The translations under genes were made by a program, and so were the position numbers. DNA of 32,000 nt from an uncultured Actinomycetes bacterium. Its GTDB lineage: Bacteria > Actinomycetota > Actinomycetes > S36-B12 > CAIYMF01. The notes below the pieces were generated by a model. The model did no database searches. It worked only from the letters and a program-made list of their open reading frames with translations, and was not told the origin of the DNA. Positions 1 through 8,102 of this stretch are shown piece by piece. Within the stretch, counting starts at the first letter, position 1; each line of letters opens with the position of its first letter. The stretch lies in assembly GCA_963843975.1 (NCBI GenBank), contig CAWJMG010000001.1:1080001-1112000 (forward strand), in the 5' to 3' direction.

Positions 1-389
1 GGCAACCGCGCCGACGGTGCACCGGCTCACTCCCACCTCGACAGCACCGAGCACAACCACCAGGTCCTCGGAGGGCAACCTCCGACGGCGACGCAGCGGG
101 AGACCGCGGCGGCGACGGGGCCGGGCAGGAAGTTCGGTGCACGCCGACGACGAACGTCGGGCCATCGGGGCAACCCGGCGGCGGCGCAGCGGGAGACCGC
201 GGTGCTGACGGGCCTGGCGGACGCGGAGGCGGCCGCCGATGCGATCGGCGGGCCGGCTGGGGCAACCCGGCATCGGCGCGAAGGGCGGGCAACTGCCGGA
301 CGCGACGAGGTCCGACGGACGCACGGCTGCACAGAAGGTCGACCTCGCGGTCGGGGCAACCCGGCCGCAGGCCGACCGGATGTGCGAAC
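1..389. repeat. Degenerate GC-rich tandem-like repeat tract, period about 92-94 bp, apparently non-coding; it may continue upstream of the window
   Basis: The perfect 12-mer GGGGCAACCCGG occurs at 167-178, 259-270 and 353-364. Weaker GGGCAAC(C/T) cores are at 73-80 and 287-294, and the window itself opens with GGCAACC. A 17-mer GCAGCGGGAGACCGCGG occurs at 93-109 and 186-202, which is 93 bp spacing. No frame gives a convincing protein. Confidence 0.4.
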
Positions 390-434
390 GCGGGGCCCCT
401 CGATCTCATACATCGAGGGGCCCCGCACCATTTT
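390..434 (+). terminator. Rho-independent-terminator-like hairpin: 15-bp perfect GC-rich stem, 7-nt loop, followed by ACCATTTT
   Basis: GCGGGGCCCCTCGAT (390-404) pairs perfectly with ATCGAGGGGCCCCGC (412-426). A T-run lies at 431-434. Confidence 0.6.
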
Positions 435-583
435 CCAGTCTGCCAAGGCCCGGCGCCGGAAGGCGCGAGCGACACGGCTGCGGCTCCCGCGCGTCGTCGA
501 GGCCTGCATCACGCCGTACGCCGCCCCCCGTGCCCTGGCCCGCACCGGATGCGGGCCCCTGAGCGGCCCTCTAGCGTCGGGGC

Positions 584-1000
584 ATGGCACCTGACCCCTC
601 CGATGCTCCCGGCCGCGTCGCGCGGCTGGTGGGCGTCTACCGGGCCGAGGGAAGCCTGCGGGGCGAGGTGGCGTACGTGCTCGGGAAGCTCCTCGGCCGC
701 GCCCACTGCTCCCTGTGCGACATCACGCACTCGCCGCTGCACCGCAAGGCGGCGTGGGACCGCATGGCTGCGGGTCTCGGCGTCCCGTTCGAGCTGGTCC
801 ACCTCGACGAGCGCGACGACGCCACAGCGGCGCTCGTCACCGGATGGGACGACTCGCCCGCCGTCCTCGCCGAGGTCGACGGGGTCCTCTGCATCGTGCT
901 CGGGCCCGACGACCTCGAGGGGCTCGGCGGCGACGTCGACCGCTTCGAGTCGGCGTTGCGATCGGCGCTGGCCCAGGCCGCGCTAGCCCTTCCCGCCTGA
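584..1000 (+). CDS. Conserved-looking hypothetical protein (138 aa) with an HCSLCDITH motif; family not recognised
   Basis: ATG start, GC3-rich codons throughout, and a clean ORF between two non-coding stretches. Confidence 0.6.
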   Translation: MAPDPSDAPGRVARLVGVYRAEGSLRGEVAYVLGKLLGRAHCSLCDITHSPLHRKAAWDRMAAGLGVPFELVHLDERDDATAALVTGWDDSPAVLAEVDGVLCIVLGPDDLEGLGGDVDRFESALRSALAQAALALPA

Positions 1001-1014
1001 CGGGGGCCGCAGCA

Positions 1015-1037
1015 CGTGTCAGCACCGTGCTGACACG
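1015..1037. promoter_or_regulatory. 23-bp palindrome (GTGTCAGCAC-C-GTGCTGACAC plus a flanking C/G pair); candidate operator or terminator stem
   Basis: The arms at 1016-1025 and 1027-1036 are perfect reverse complements. A third GTGTCAG copy lies at 1049-1055. The site sits between the 584-1000 gene and the nitroreductase-family gene. Confidence 0.4.
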
Positions 1038-1117
1038 CCTGGCGTCCCGTGTCAGGGCTCGCCGTACCGCACCGACGCCCTTCGACGTACGGGCCGGCGC
1101 CGGGCTAGCGTGCGCGC

Positions 1118-1684
1118 ATGCCTGATGCAGTCGACCCCGCCACCGCCGACGAGGAGCGCGCGGTCCTCGCACGGCTGCGACGCATCGCCGATCACGAGGC
1201 CCGCGTGCGCGCGAACCCGCTCACCTCCGTCACCCGCCACCTCAGCAAGACGGCTGCGTTCGCCGCCATCTACCGCCGGGTCGGCCCGAAGGTCGACCCG
1301 TCCCTCATGAAGATCCGCGACGGCCGGTTCCTCGCGGCCGTCTACGGCTTCCCGTTCCTCACCCTGCACAGCACCGGTGCCAAGAGCGGGCTTCCCCGCG
1401 AGTCGCCGCTGCTCTACGTGCGCGACGGCGACGACGTGATGCTGCTCGGCACCAACTTCGGCCAGGCCAAGCACCCTGCGTGGACCGCCAACCTGCTGGC
1501 CCACCATGGCTGCGCGGTCGTGATCGGCCCGGAGCGGCTCGAGTGCCGCGCTGAGCTGTGCGACGAGGAGACCTGGGCGGCGCTGTTCCCGCGGTTCGAG
1601 GCGGTCTACCCCGGGTACGCCGGCTACCTCGAGCGCCGCGCCGAGCTCACGCCGCGCATGTTCCGCCTCCGCCCCGTCGTCTAG
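1118..1684 (+). CDS. Nitroreductase-family deazaflavin (F420)-dependent oxidoreductase, DDN/DUF385-like
   Basis: 188 aa. The core HSTGAKSGLPRESPLLYVRDGDDVMLLGTNFGQAKHPAWTANL matches the T-G-x-K-S-G ... G ... HP-W-x-N-L signature of this split-barrel family as I remember it. Confidence 0.75.
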   Translation: MPDAVDPATADEERAVLARLRRIADHEARVRANPLTSVTRHLSKTAAFAAIYRRVGPKVDPSLMKIRDGRFLAAVYGFPFLTLHSTGAKSGLPRESPLLYVRDGDDVMLLGTNFGQAKHPAWTANLLAHHGCAVVIGPERLECRAELCDEETWAALFPRFEAVYPGYAGYLERRAELTPRMFRLRPVV

Positions 1685-1887
1685 GCCGAGCACCGGTTCG
1701 GTGCACCGCTCGTCGGCCGCTGCGGGCGGCCGCCCAAGTTCTTACTCATCGTGAGTGTGCGCTGACCGCGCGTGCAATCGGTCGGGCGGAAACGGTTACG
1801 CCTCTCCGTCGCGGTTGACGAAACGGGCCACGGTCGACGGCTGCGCTGGTTCACTTCCCCCAGAAGTTCTCACCCTGGGAGGGGCAC

Positions 1888-2154
1888 ATGCTCGGCATCA
1901 TCGGACTCATCATCGGCGGCGCCGTGATCGGCGTGCTCGCGCGCTTCGTCATGCCGGGCCGGCAGAACGTGCCGATCTGGCTGACGATCGTCGTCGGCAT
2001 CGTCGGCGTCCTCATCGGCAACTGGCTCTCGGGCCTCATCGGCGTCCGCGACACGGGCGGCATCGACTGGATCCGGCACATCCTGCAGGTCGTGACCGCG
2101 GTCGTGCTGCTCGTGATCCTCGGCGGCGTGATGGGACGCAAGGCCAGCGCCTGA
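1888..2154 (+). CDS. GlsB/YeaQ/YmgE family (transglycosylase-associated) stress-response membrane protein
   Basis: 88 aa with three Gly-rich hydrophobic helices (MLGIIGLIIGGAVIGVLARFVMPG...). GGGAGGGG Shine-Dalgarno just upstream. Confidence 0.75.
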   Translation: MLGIIGLIIGGAVIGVLARFVMPGRQNVPIWLTIVVGIVGVLIGNWLSGLIGVRDTGGIDWIRHILQVVTAVVLLVILGGVMGRKASA

Positions 2155-2169
2155 CCCACCCCCGACGTA

Positions 2170-2208
2170 CCACTGCCCCGAAGTCCTCCAGGACCTTCGG
2201 GGCAGTGG
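2170..2208. terminator. Bidirectional terminator hairpin between convergent genes
   Basis: CCACTGCCCCGAAG (2170-2183) pairs with CTTCGGGGCAGTGG (2195-2208). It lies between the glsB-like stop (2154) and the permease stop (2228). Confidence 0.6.
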
Positions 2209-2227
2209 CGTCTTCGGGGTCGTGGGC

Positions 2228-3232
2228 TCAGCCCTTGACCGACCCGGCGAGCAGGCCGCGGACGAAGAACCGCTGCAGCGAGAAGAACACGATGAGCGGG
2301 ATGATGATCGCGATGAACGCGCCCGCCGTGACCAGGTGCAAAGCAGCGCCGTACGTGCCCTTGATGCTCGACAGGTAGACGGTGATCGGCGCGACGTCGG
2401 CCGTGCCTCCCGCGAACGTGAGGGCGACGAGCAGGTCGTTCCACACCCACAGGAACTGGAAGATCGCGAACGACGCGATCGCCGGAACCGACAGCGGCAG
2501 CACGATCCTGCGGAAGATCAGGAAGTGGCTGGCGCCGTCCACGCGCGCAGCCTCGAAGAGGTCGCGCGGCAGCTGCGAGATGAAGTTGTGCAGCAGGAAG
2601 ATCGCGAGCGGGAGCGCGAACATCGTGTGCGCGATCCACACCGGCACGAAGCTCGTGCCACCCGCCGGCCAGACCCAGTCGCCGAGCACCGGGATGTCCT
2701 GCACGAGGTTCTTCAGGGGCGGCAGCCCGAACCAGCCGAGGTTGAACAGCTGGAGCAGCGGCAGCAGCGCCATCTGGAGCGGCACGACCTGCAGAGCGAA
2801 GATGCCGAGGAACAGCGCGTTGCTGAACTTGAAAGGCACCCACGCGAGCGCGTACGCGGCCATGAGCGCGAGCGTCAGCGGGATGATCGCCGCCGGGATC
2901 GAGATCACGAACGAGTTCACGAAGTACGGCGCGATGCCGTTGGGGATGATCTCGCCGCCGCTGATGACCTCGCTGTAGTTCGACAGCGTGAAGGTCGGGT
3001 TGGTGAAGATCGTCCACCAGCCGCTGTTGGACGCGTCCTCGGCGGGGCGCAGCGACGTGATGAGCAGGCCCAGGGTGGGGATGGTCCACATGATCGTCAG
3101 GAAGATGACGAAACCGGTGGCCCAGGGGCTCGACAGGTTGCGACGCAGGGCGGAGGACATGCCCCCGTGGTCCGGCGCGGCAGTCAGCGCCTTCTCGGCG
3201 GCGGCTGCGATTCCAGGAGTCTCGACGCTCAT
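2228..3232 (-). CDS. Carbohydrate ABC transporter permease (CUT1, MalG/CebG-like)
   Basis: 334 aa, multi-TM. EAA loop LFEAARVDGASHFLIFRRIVLPLSVPA. ATGA start/stop overlap with the upstream permease at 3229-3232. Confidence 0.85.
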   Translation of the reverse strand: MSVETPGIAAAAEKALTAAPDHGGMSSALRRNLSSPWATGFVIFLTIMWTIPTLGLLITSLRPAEDASNSGWWTIFTNPTFTLSNYSEVISGGEIIPNGIAPYFVNSFVISIPAAIIPLTLALMAAYALAWVPFKFSNALFLGIFALQVVPLQMALLPLLQLFNLGWFGLPPLKNLVQDIPVLGDWVWPAGGTSFVPVWIAHTMFALPLAIFLLHNFISQLPRDLFEAARVDGASHFLIFRRIVLPLSVPAIASFAIFQFLWVWNDLLVALTFAGGTADVAPITVYLSSIKGTYGAALHLVTAGAFIAIIIPLIVFFSLQRFFVRGLLAGSVKG

Positions 3233-4206
3233 CGGATCGACTGCTCCTTCCTCAGCTGCACGATGTTGTAGATGATCAGGGGCACCACCGCGACGAAGAG
3301 CACGACGGCGAGCGCGCTACCGCGGCCCTTGTCGAACTGCACGAACGCCTGGGCGTACATCTCGTTGGCCAGCACCTGGGTGCCGAAGTTTCCGTTCGTC
3401 ATCGTGCGGACGATGTCGAAGACCTTGAGGACCCCGATGGCGATCGTCGTGAGGACGACCACCAGCGTTCCGCGGATCATCGGCACGGTGACCTTGGAGA
3501 AGAGCTTCCAGCCGACGGCGCCGTCGAGCATGGCGGCCTCGGTGACGTCCATCGGGATCGCCTTGATGGCCGCAGAGAGCACGACCATCGCGAAGCCGAC
3601 CTGGATCCAGATCATGATGACCATGAGCAGGAAGTTGTTCCACGGCTGCAGGAGCAGCCAGTTGGGCGGGTCGATGCCGAACAACGACACGAACGCCGAC
3701 AGCAGGCCGACCTGCTCCTGGCTCGGGTCGCGGTACTCGTAGACCAGGCCCCAGATGATCGACGCGCCGACGAACGAGATCGCCATCGGCATGAAGATCA
3801 GCGACTTGGGGAGGGACTCGCGGCGCATGCGGTCCATGAGGAGCGCGAGCAGCAGGCCCAGCGCCGTGGACGCGAGCGGCGTGATGACGATCCACAGCGC
3901 GGTGTTGATCAGGAACGTCGAGTTGTCCGGCGCAGTGAAGATCCACTTGTAGTTCGAGATGCCGACGAACTTCTTGCCGTTCGGGTCCAGGAAGCTCTGG
4001 TACGTGGTGATGACCGCAGGGATCACCAGGCCGATCGTCAGCAGCAGCGCTGCCGGCCCCAGGAAGATCAGACGAGCCAACGGAGTCTGCGCCTTGCCGC
4101 GCGCGCGCGAAGCCAGGAAGAAGACCAGCAGAAGCACTCCGAAGAAGACCGCCACCACGCTAGCCGCCAGGGCCAGCTTGGATGCGTAGTTCATCCCCTC
4201 GACCAC
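3229..4206 (-). CDS. Carbohydrate ABC transporter permease (CUT1, MalF/CebF-like)
   Basis: 325 aa, multi-TM. EAA loop VTEAAMLDGAVGWKLFSKVTVPMIRG. Confidence 0.85.
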   Translation of the reverse strand: MVEGMNYASKLALAASVVAVFFGVLLLVFFLASRARGKAQTPLARLIFLGPAALLLTIGLVIPAVITTYQSFLDPNGKKFVGISNYKWIFTAPDNSTFLINTALWIVITPLASTALGLLLALLMDRMRRESLPKSLIFMPMAISFVGASIIWGLVYEYRDPSQEQVGLLSAFVSLFGIDPPNWLLLQPWNNFLLMVIMIWIQVGFAMVVLSAAIKAIPMDVTEAAMLDGAVGWKLFSKVTVPMIRGTLVVVLTTIAIGVLKVFDIVRTMTNGNFGTQVLANEMYAQAFVQFDKGRGSALAVVLFVAVVPLIIYNIVQLRKEQSIR

Positions 4207-4247
4207 CCTCTCGATCTGTCGGACACAGCGTGTACGACGGGCCCCCC

Positions 4248-4302
4248 GGCCCCGGTGTGAGACCGGGGCCCGGAAGGAGTGTCTACCCCTTCCGGGCCCC
4301 GG
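4248..4302 (-). other. Intercistronic GC-rich stem-loops between the binding-protein and permease genes (two mutually exclusive hairpins)
   Basis: GGCCCCGG (4248-4255) pairs with CCGGGGCC (4263-4270). Alternatively, CCGGGGCCCGGAAGG (4263-4277) pairs with CCTTCCGGGCCCCGG (4288-4302), a 15-bp perfect stem. Confidence 0.55.
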
Positions 4303-4352
4303 CCGGTACTACTTCGTCACGACTTCTCGCGACGTCGTGCTCAGAACCGTGA

Positions 4353-5735
4353 TCAGCTCGCCGGCCAGGCAGCGTCGATCGCTGCGGTGACGTCGTCGAT
4401 GCTCTTGTTCTCGGCGAAGAAGGCCGTCATCTGCTTCCACTCCTCACCCGCACCGACAGCAGCCGGCATCAGGTCGGAAGCGTCGAAGCGGAAGGTGGCG
4501 TTCGCGTCGGTGAGGTACTTCGCCGACAGGGCCGAGATCGGGTCCTGGTAGAGCGTCAGGTCGACGCCGCTGTTCGCGGAGACCCAGCCGCCGCCCTTGA
4601 CCTTCTCCGAGGCGAACGTGTCGCTGGAGAGGAAGGTCTGGAAGGCCTGGACCTCGGGACGGTCAGCGAACGCCGTCACGAACTCGCCACCGCCGACGAT
4701 CGGCGTGGGGATCGCGTCGGACATCTGCGGCAGGTAGAACGCGAAGACGTCGCCGTCCTCAGCGATCTTGACGTCCTTCTTGAACGTCGGCCACTGGGCC
4801 GCGTAGAAGGAGGCCTGCTGGTACATGCCGCACTTGCCGCTCAGGATCGGCTTGCCGCCGTCCTGGAACGCGGTCGTGGCGATGGTCTTCGTGTCACCGA
4901 TACCGGCATTTGCGTACTTGTCGTTGCGGTACCAGCCGTTGAGCGTCTCGAAGGCCTTCTTGATCTCGGGGGACGAGAACGGAACCTCGTGCGAGACCCA
5001 CTTGTCGTAGACGTCGCCGCCGGACTGACGGAGCACGATCTGCTCGAGCCAGTCGGTCGCGAGCCAACCGGTGGCGCCACCGGACTCGATGCCGCCGCAC
5101 CACGGCTTGATGCCGTCAGCGACCATCTTGTCCGAGAGCTTGAAGAGGTCGTCCCACGTCGTCGGGATCGTGTAGCCCTTCTCGGCGAAGACCGAGGGGG
5201 AGTACCACACGAAGGACTTCATGTTCGAGCCGAGCGGGGCGCCGTAGAACTGGCCGTCGACCGTGCCGTACGACTTCCACGCCGGGTTCCAGAACTTGTC
5301 CACGTTGTCGGACGTGCCCTGGGGTGCGACCTTGGGGCCACCCTGCTGGACGAGCTTCTGGAGAAGACCCGGCTGCGGGATGAACGCGATGTCGGGAGCG
5401 TTGCCACCCTGGATACGGGTGGGCAGCTGCGCCTCGAACTGGTCCGAGCCCTCGTACTTGACCGTGATGCCGGTGCACTTGGAGAACTGCGCCCAGGCGG
5501 TCTCGAACTTCTGCTGCTCAGGCGGCAGGATCGAGGTGAACACCGTCACCGAGGTGTTGGGGTGTGACCCGTACGAGGCGTAGTCCTCGCAGCCGGCCAC
5601 GACGGGCGTGCTGGAGCTGGGCGCGGGCGCCGAGCTGGAGTCACCTGAATTGCCACTGCTGCCACAGGCAGCGAGCAGCAGCGCTGCCGCGACGCCACCG
5701 ACAACGGCGGCGGTCCGGCGAACGGGAACGGACAT
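4353..5735 (-). CDS. ABC transporter extracellular solute-binding lipoprotein (family 1, sugar; CebE-like)
   Basis: 460 aa. Signal peptide with lipobox LLAAC followed by a Ser/Gly/Pro linker. First gene of the SBP-permease-permease operon. GAGGGAGA RBS. Confidence 0.85.
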   Translation of the reverse strand: MSVPVRRTAAVVGGVAAALLLAACGSSGNSGDSSSAPAPSSSTPVVAGCEDYASYGSHPNTSVTVFTSILPPEQQKFETAWAQFSKCTGITVKYEGSDQFEAQLPTRIQGGNAPDIAFIPQPGLLQKLVQQGGPKVAPQGTSDNVDKFWNPAWKSYGTVDGQFYGAPLGSNMKSFVWYSPSVFAEKGYTIPTTWDDLFKLSDKMVADGIKPWCGGIESGGATGWLATDWLEQIVLRQSGGDVYDKWVSHEVPFSSPEIKKAFETLNGWYRNDKYANAGIGDTKTIATTAFQDGGKPILSGKCGMYQQASFYAAQWPTFKKDVKIAEDGDVFAFYLPQMSDAIPTPIVGGGEFVTAFADRPEVQAFQTFLSSDTFASEKVKGGGWVSANSGVDLTLYQDPISALSAKYLTDANATFRFDASDLMPAAVGAGEEWKQMTAFFAENKSIDDVTAAIDAAWPAS

Positions 5736-5889
5736 TCTGTCTCCCTCGAGCCGATTTAAGAGGTCCGGGTGGCTGATCCCCGGGCTTGTAAGCGTTTCGC
5801 ATCTTGCTGCGAGTCAGGCGCGTAAGCAAGGGGTTTCAGCGAGGTTTCGGCCTGCAACCGATTACAAATTGGTATCGGTTCGGAAACGA

Positions 5890-5902
5890 TGGAGCGCTCC
5901 CA
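5890..5902. promoter_or_regulatory. CebR-type (LacI-family) operator-like box TGGAGCGCTCCCA upstream of the ABC operon
   Basis: It contains the perfect 10-bp palindrome GGAGCGCTCC. It differs by one missing G from the Streptomyces CebR box TGGGAGCGCTCCCA as I recall it. It lies about 155 nt upstream of the SBP start. Confidence 0.55.
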
Positions 5903-6097
5903 CGATAGCGCGATCTGACCGCGGCGGGAAGGCCCTGCCGCGTGTCGCGGCGGGCACCTCGCGCAAGCGGTCTGCGGGGCTGCTCGGCGACGACGCTGCC
6001 ACGCCCAGCCGGCGGATGCGCGCCGAAGGCGACGGTTGCGACGCTTTCGCAACCTTCACCGCCCGGGCGGCGCAGCAGTGCGGCGCGGCGCGCCTCG

Positions 6098-6367
6098 TCA
6101 GTCGCCGACGTGCGGCGCGGGCGGGTTGCTGCGGCGCTGGAGGATCCGGACGACGCCGACCAGGCCGACGGCCGCCCACACCCCGTTGAGCAGCGCGGAC
6201 TGCCAGGCGGAGATCGAGATGGCCCACACGAGCAGGGCGCCGGCGAACACCGTGTTGGCGCCTTGGTAGCGCACGGACGCGGACTCCCACCGCCCGGCGG
6301 TGAGCAGGCCGTACGCCGCGAGCACGCCGAGCGCACCCACCCAGCCGAGGACGTCCGTGACGGTCAT
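6098..6367 (-). CDS. Small three-helix membrane protein (CBU_0592-like family, tentative)
   Basis: 89 aa, GC3-rich, hydrophobic helices (VLGWVGALGVLAAYGLL..., VFAGALLVWAISI..., VWAAVGLVGVVRIL). Confidence 0.5.
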   Translation of the reverse strand: MTVTDVLGWVGALGVLAAYGLLTAGRWESASVRYQGANTVFAGALLVWAISISAWQSALLNGVWAAVGLVGVVRILQRRSNPPAPHVGD

Positions 6368-6402
6368 GACGCGAGGCTACGGCGCGACGGGCGCCGGACT
6401 CG

Positions 6403-7026
6403 TCAGGCGGTGACGGTGGTGATCCACGACCGCAGGACGTCGAGCGAGCCGGCGTCGATGCCGTGCCCACCGGGCGAGCGGTGCGTCGTCGCGGTAGCCC
6501 CGGATGCGCCGTTCACGTAGGTCCAGGTGCGGTCCAGCAGCTCGCGCGGGATGACGGTGTCGGCGTCACCCTGGATCGCGAGGACATCGGCGCCGTCGAG
6601 ATGGCCGTCGGTGGTCGGCACTCCGGCGTCGAAGGGCAGCGTGCCGAACAGCACGGCGACGCCGTCCCACCGGGCGGGGTCGTCGAGCAGGAGCCCGCCG
6701 GCGAACGCGGCCCCTCCGCTGAAGCCGACGAGGACGACACGTCGGCCAGCAGCTTCGGTATCGAGCCAGGTGCGGAACCAGTCCATCGTCTCGCGCAGCG
6801 ACTCGGCGATCGGGCGGCCGATGCCGCGGTTGGCGAACCACGCGTAGCCGCCGCCCTCGCCGATCGGCGCGCGGACCGCGGCGTACGCCGGACCCTCGGG
6901 CAGGTGCGATGCCAAGCCGATGATGTCGCCCTCGTTCGAGCCGCGACCGTGCAGCAGGACGACGAGAGGTGCTGCCGGGTCGCTGCTCCCGGCCGTGACG
7001 ACGACGGGGTCGGGGAAGACGGTCAC
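6403..7026 (-). CDS. Alpha/beta hydrolase, phospholipase/carboxylesterase (dienelactone-hydrolase-like) family
   Basis: 207 aa. VVLLHGRGSNEGD, nucleophile elbow GFSGG, C-terminal GGHGI. GTGA overlap with the upstream VOC gene. Confidence 0.75.
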   Translation of the reverse strand: MTVFPDPVVVTAGSSDPAAPLVVLLHGRGSNEGDIIGLASHLPEGPAYAAVRAPIGEGGGYAWFANRGIGRPIAESLRETMDWFRTWLDTEAAGRRVVLVGFSGGAAFAGGLLLDDPARWDGVAVLFGTLPFDAGVPTTDGHLDGADVLAIQGDADTVIPRELLDRTWTYVNGASGATATTHRSPGGHGIDAGSLDVLRSWITTVTA

Positions 7027-7541
7027 GCGTCGCCCTTCGCCGGCAACGGACGGAGCTCGTCGGCGGTGGGCACCCCGGTCCAGCGCTCGACGTCGCCGGG
7101 CAGGTCAAGGCGCTCGATCGGCGCAGAGTTCTCGTACTTGCCCCACTCCGCGCGCGGCAGCATCCACATGACCTCGAACTCGTTGCCGTCGGGGTCCTGC
7201 CCGTAGAGGCTCTTCGTGGCGCCGTGGCTGGACTCGCCCACGAGCGCGCCGGCCTCGGCGAGCACGAGCTGCGCGGCCTGCAGCTCGTCGATCGTGTCGA
7301 CCTGCCAGGCCAGGTGGTAGAGCCCGATGCCCGGTCGCTTCGGGCCGTGGCCCGTCCCGATCCCGAACAGGCCGAGGTCGTGGTGGTTGCCGCTGCGCGG
7401 CAGCCTGAGGAACGCCGCGTTGGCGCGCGGCTCGAGCGCCGCGACCTCCATGCCGAACACGCGCTGGTAGAAGGCCAGCGCCCGCTCGAGGTCGGACACG
7501 TAGAGCACGGCGTGGTTGAGCCGGACGGCGGAGACTGTCAC
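7023..7541 (-). CDS. VOC family protein (glyoxalase / bleomycin resistance / ring-cleaving dioxygenase fold)
   Basis: 172 aa. LNHAVLYVSDLERALAFYQRVFGMEV and HHDLGLF...LYHLAWQV blocks. Confidence 0.75.
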   Translation of the reverse strand: MTVSAVRLNHAVLYVSDLERALAFYQRVFGMEVAALEPRANAAFLRLPRSGNHHDLGLFGIGTGHGPKRPGIGLYHLAWQVDTIDELQAAQLVLAEAGALVGESSHGATKSLYGQDPDGNEFEVMWMLPRAEWGKYENSAPIERLDLPGDVERWTGVPTADELRPLPAKGDA

Positions 7542-7604
7542 GAGGGACCCCTTGGTGGGCGGTGGCGGGACATCGTCACAACGTGCCCGAGCAGCACGGC
7601 ATTC

Positions 7605-7616
7605 CTGACGCGTCAG
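7605..7616. promoter_or_regulatory. Perfect 12-bp palindrome CTGACGCGTCAG in the VOC/MarR divergent intergenic region; candidate MarR operator
   Basis: Seen directly. It ends 24 nt upstream of the MarR GTG start. Confidence 0.4.
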
Positions 7617-7639
7617 TAGATGGAGGGTAAGGTATCGGC

Positions 7640-8077
7640 GTGCCGCGTGCCATCGATGATCCCGTCATCACCACGTTCGGGCGCCTGCTCGAGGCCTTCA
7701 GCGGCATGGAGCGGCGCCTCGCCCGCAACCTCGAGTCGGAGGCCGAGCTGCCGCTGACCTGGTTCGAGGTGCTGCTGCGCGTGTCCCGCTCGCCCGACGA
7801 GCGCCTGATGATGAGCGAGCTCTCCGCACAGCTCGCGTTCACCACCGGCGGCGTCACGAGGCTCGTCGACCGCATCGTCGACGCCGGCTATCTCGAGCGG
7901 GTGCCGGCCGCGCACGACCGACGCGTGATCTGGGCTGTGGTGACTCCCCTCGGCCACGAGGTCGTCGAGCACGCCGCCGCCATCCACGCAGCCGAGCTGC
8001 ACGAGATCTTCCACGGCTTCACCAAGACCGACCGCAAGCACCTCGACACGCTGCTCGACCGCCTCCGCGACGTCTGA
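7640..8077 (+). CDS. MarR family transcriptional regulator
   Basis: 145 aa. Winged-helix block MSELSAQLAFTTGGVTRLVDRIVDAGYLERVPAAHDRRV. Confidence 0.85.
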   Translation: MPRAIDDPVITTFGRLLEAFSGMERRLARNLESEAELPLTWFEVLLRVSRSPDERLMMSELSAQLAFTTGGVTRLVDRIVDAGYLERVPAAHDRRVIWAVVTPLGHEVVEHAAAIHAAELHEIFHGFTKTDRKHLDTLLDRLRDV

Positions 8078-8102
8078 GCAGCCGCCGGTGCGGCAGTCCT
8101 CG

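Noticed and set aside
1-389. Possible CRISPR array, because of regularly spaced repeats
   Set aside because: The repeat cores are only 12 nt, the spacing is about 92 bp, the sequence between cores is itself partly repeated, and no cas genes are present. This is not CRISPR-like.
27-590. 187-aa minus-strand ORF and other overlapping ORFs (17-208, 202-594, 239-562) in the repeat tract
   Set aside because: They are Arg/Pro/Ala-rich and mutually overlapping in several frames. None has a recognisable motif or RBS, and a strong terminator hairpin lies inside them.
1851-3271. 412-aa minus-strand and 349-aa plus-strand alternative-frame ORFs over the MalG-like permease
   Set aside because: The permease frame has TM helices and the EAA loop. 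The alternatives are charged low-complexity translations.
5756-6520. Several overlapping ORFs (for example 5836-6336, 5862-6470, 5942-6520) in and around the ABC-operon promoter region
   Set aside because: They are Arg-rich GC artefacts. The region is better explained by the promoter/operator elements and the small membrane-protein gene at 6098-6367.
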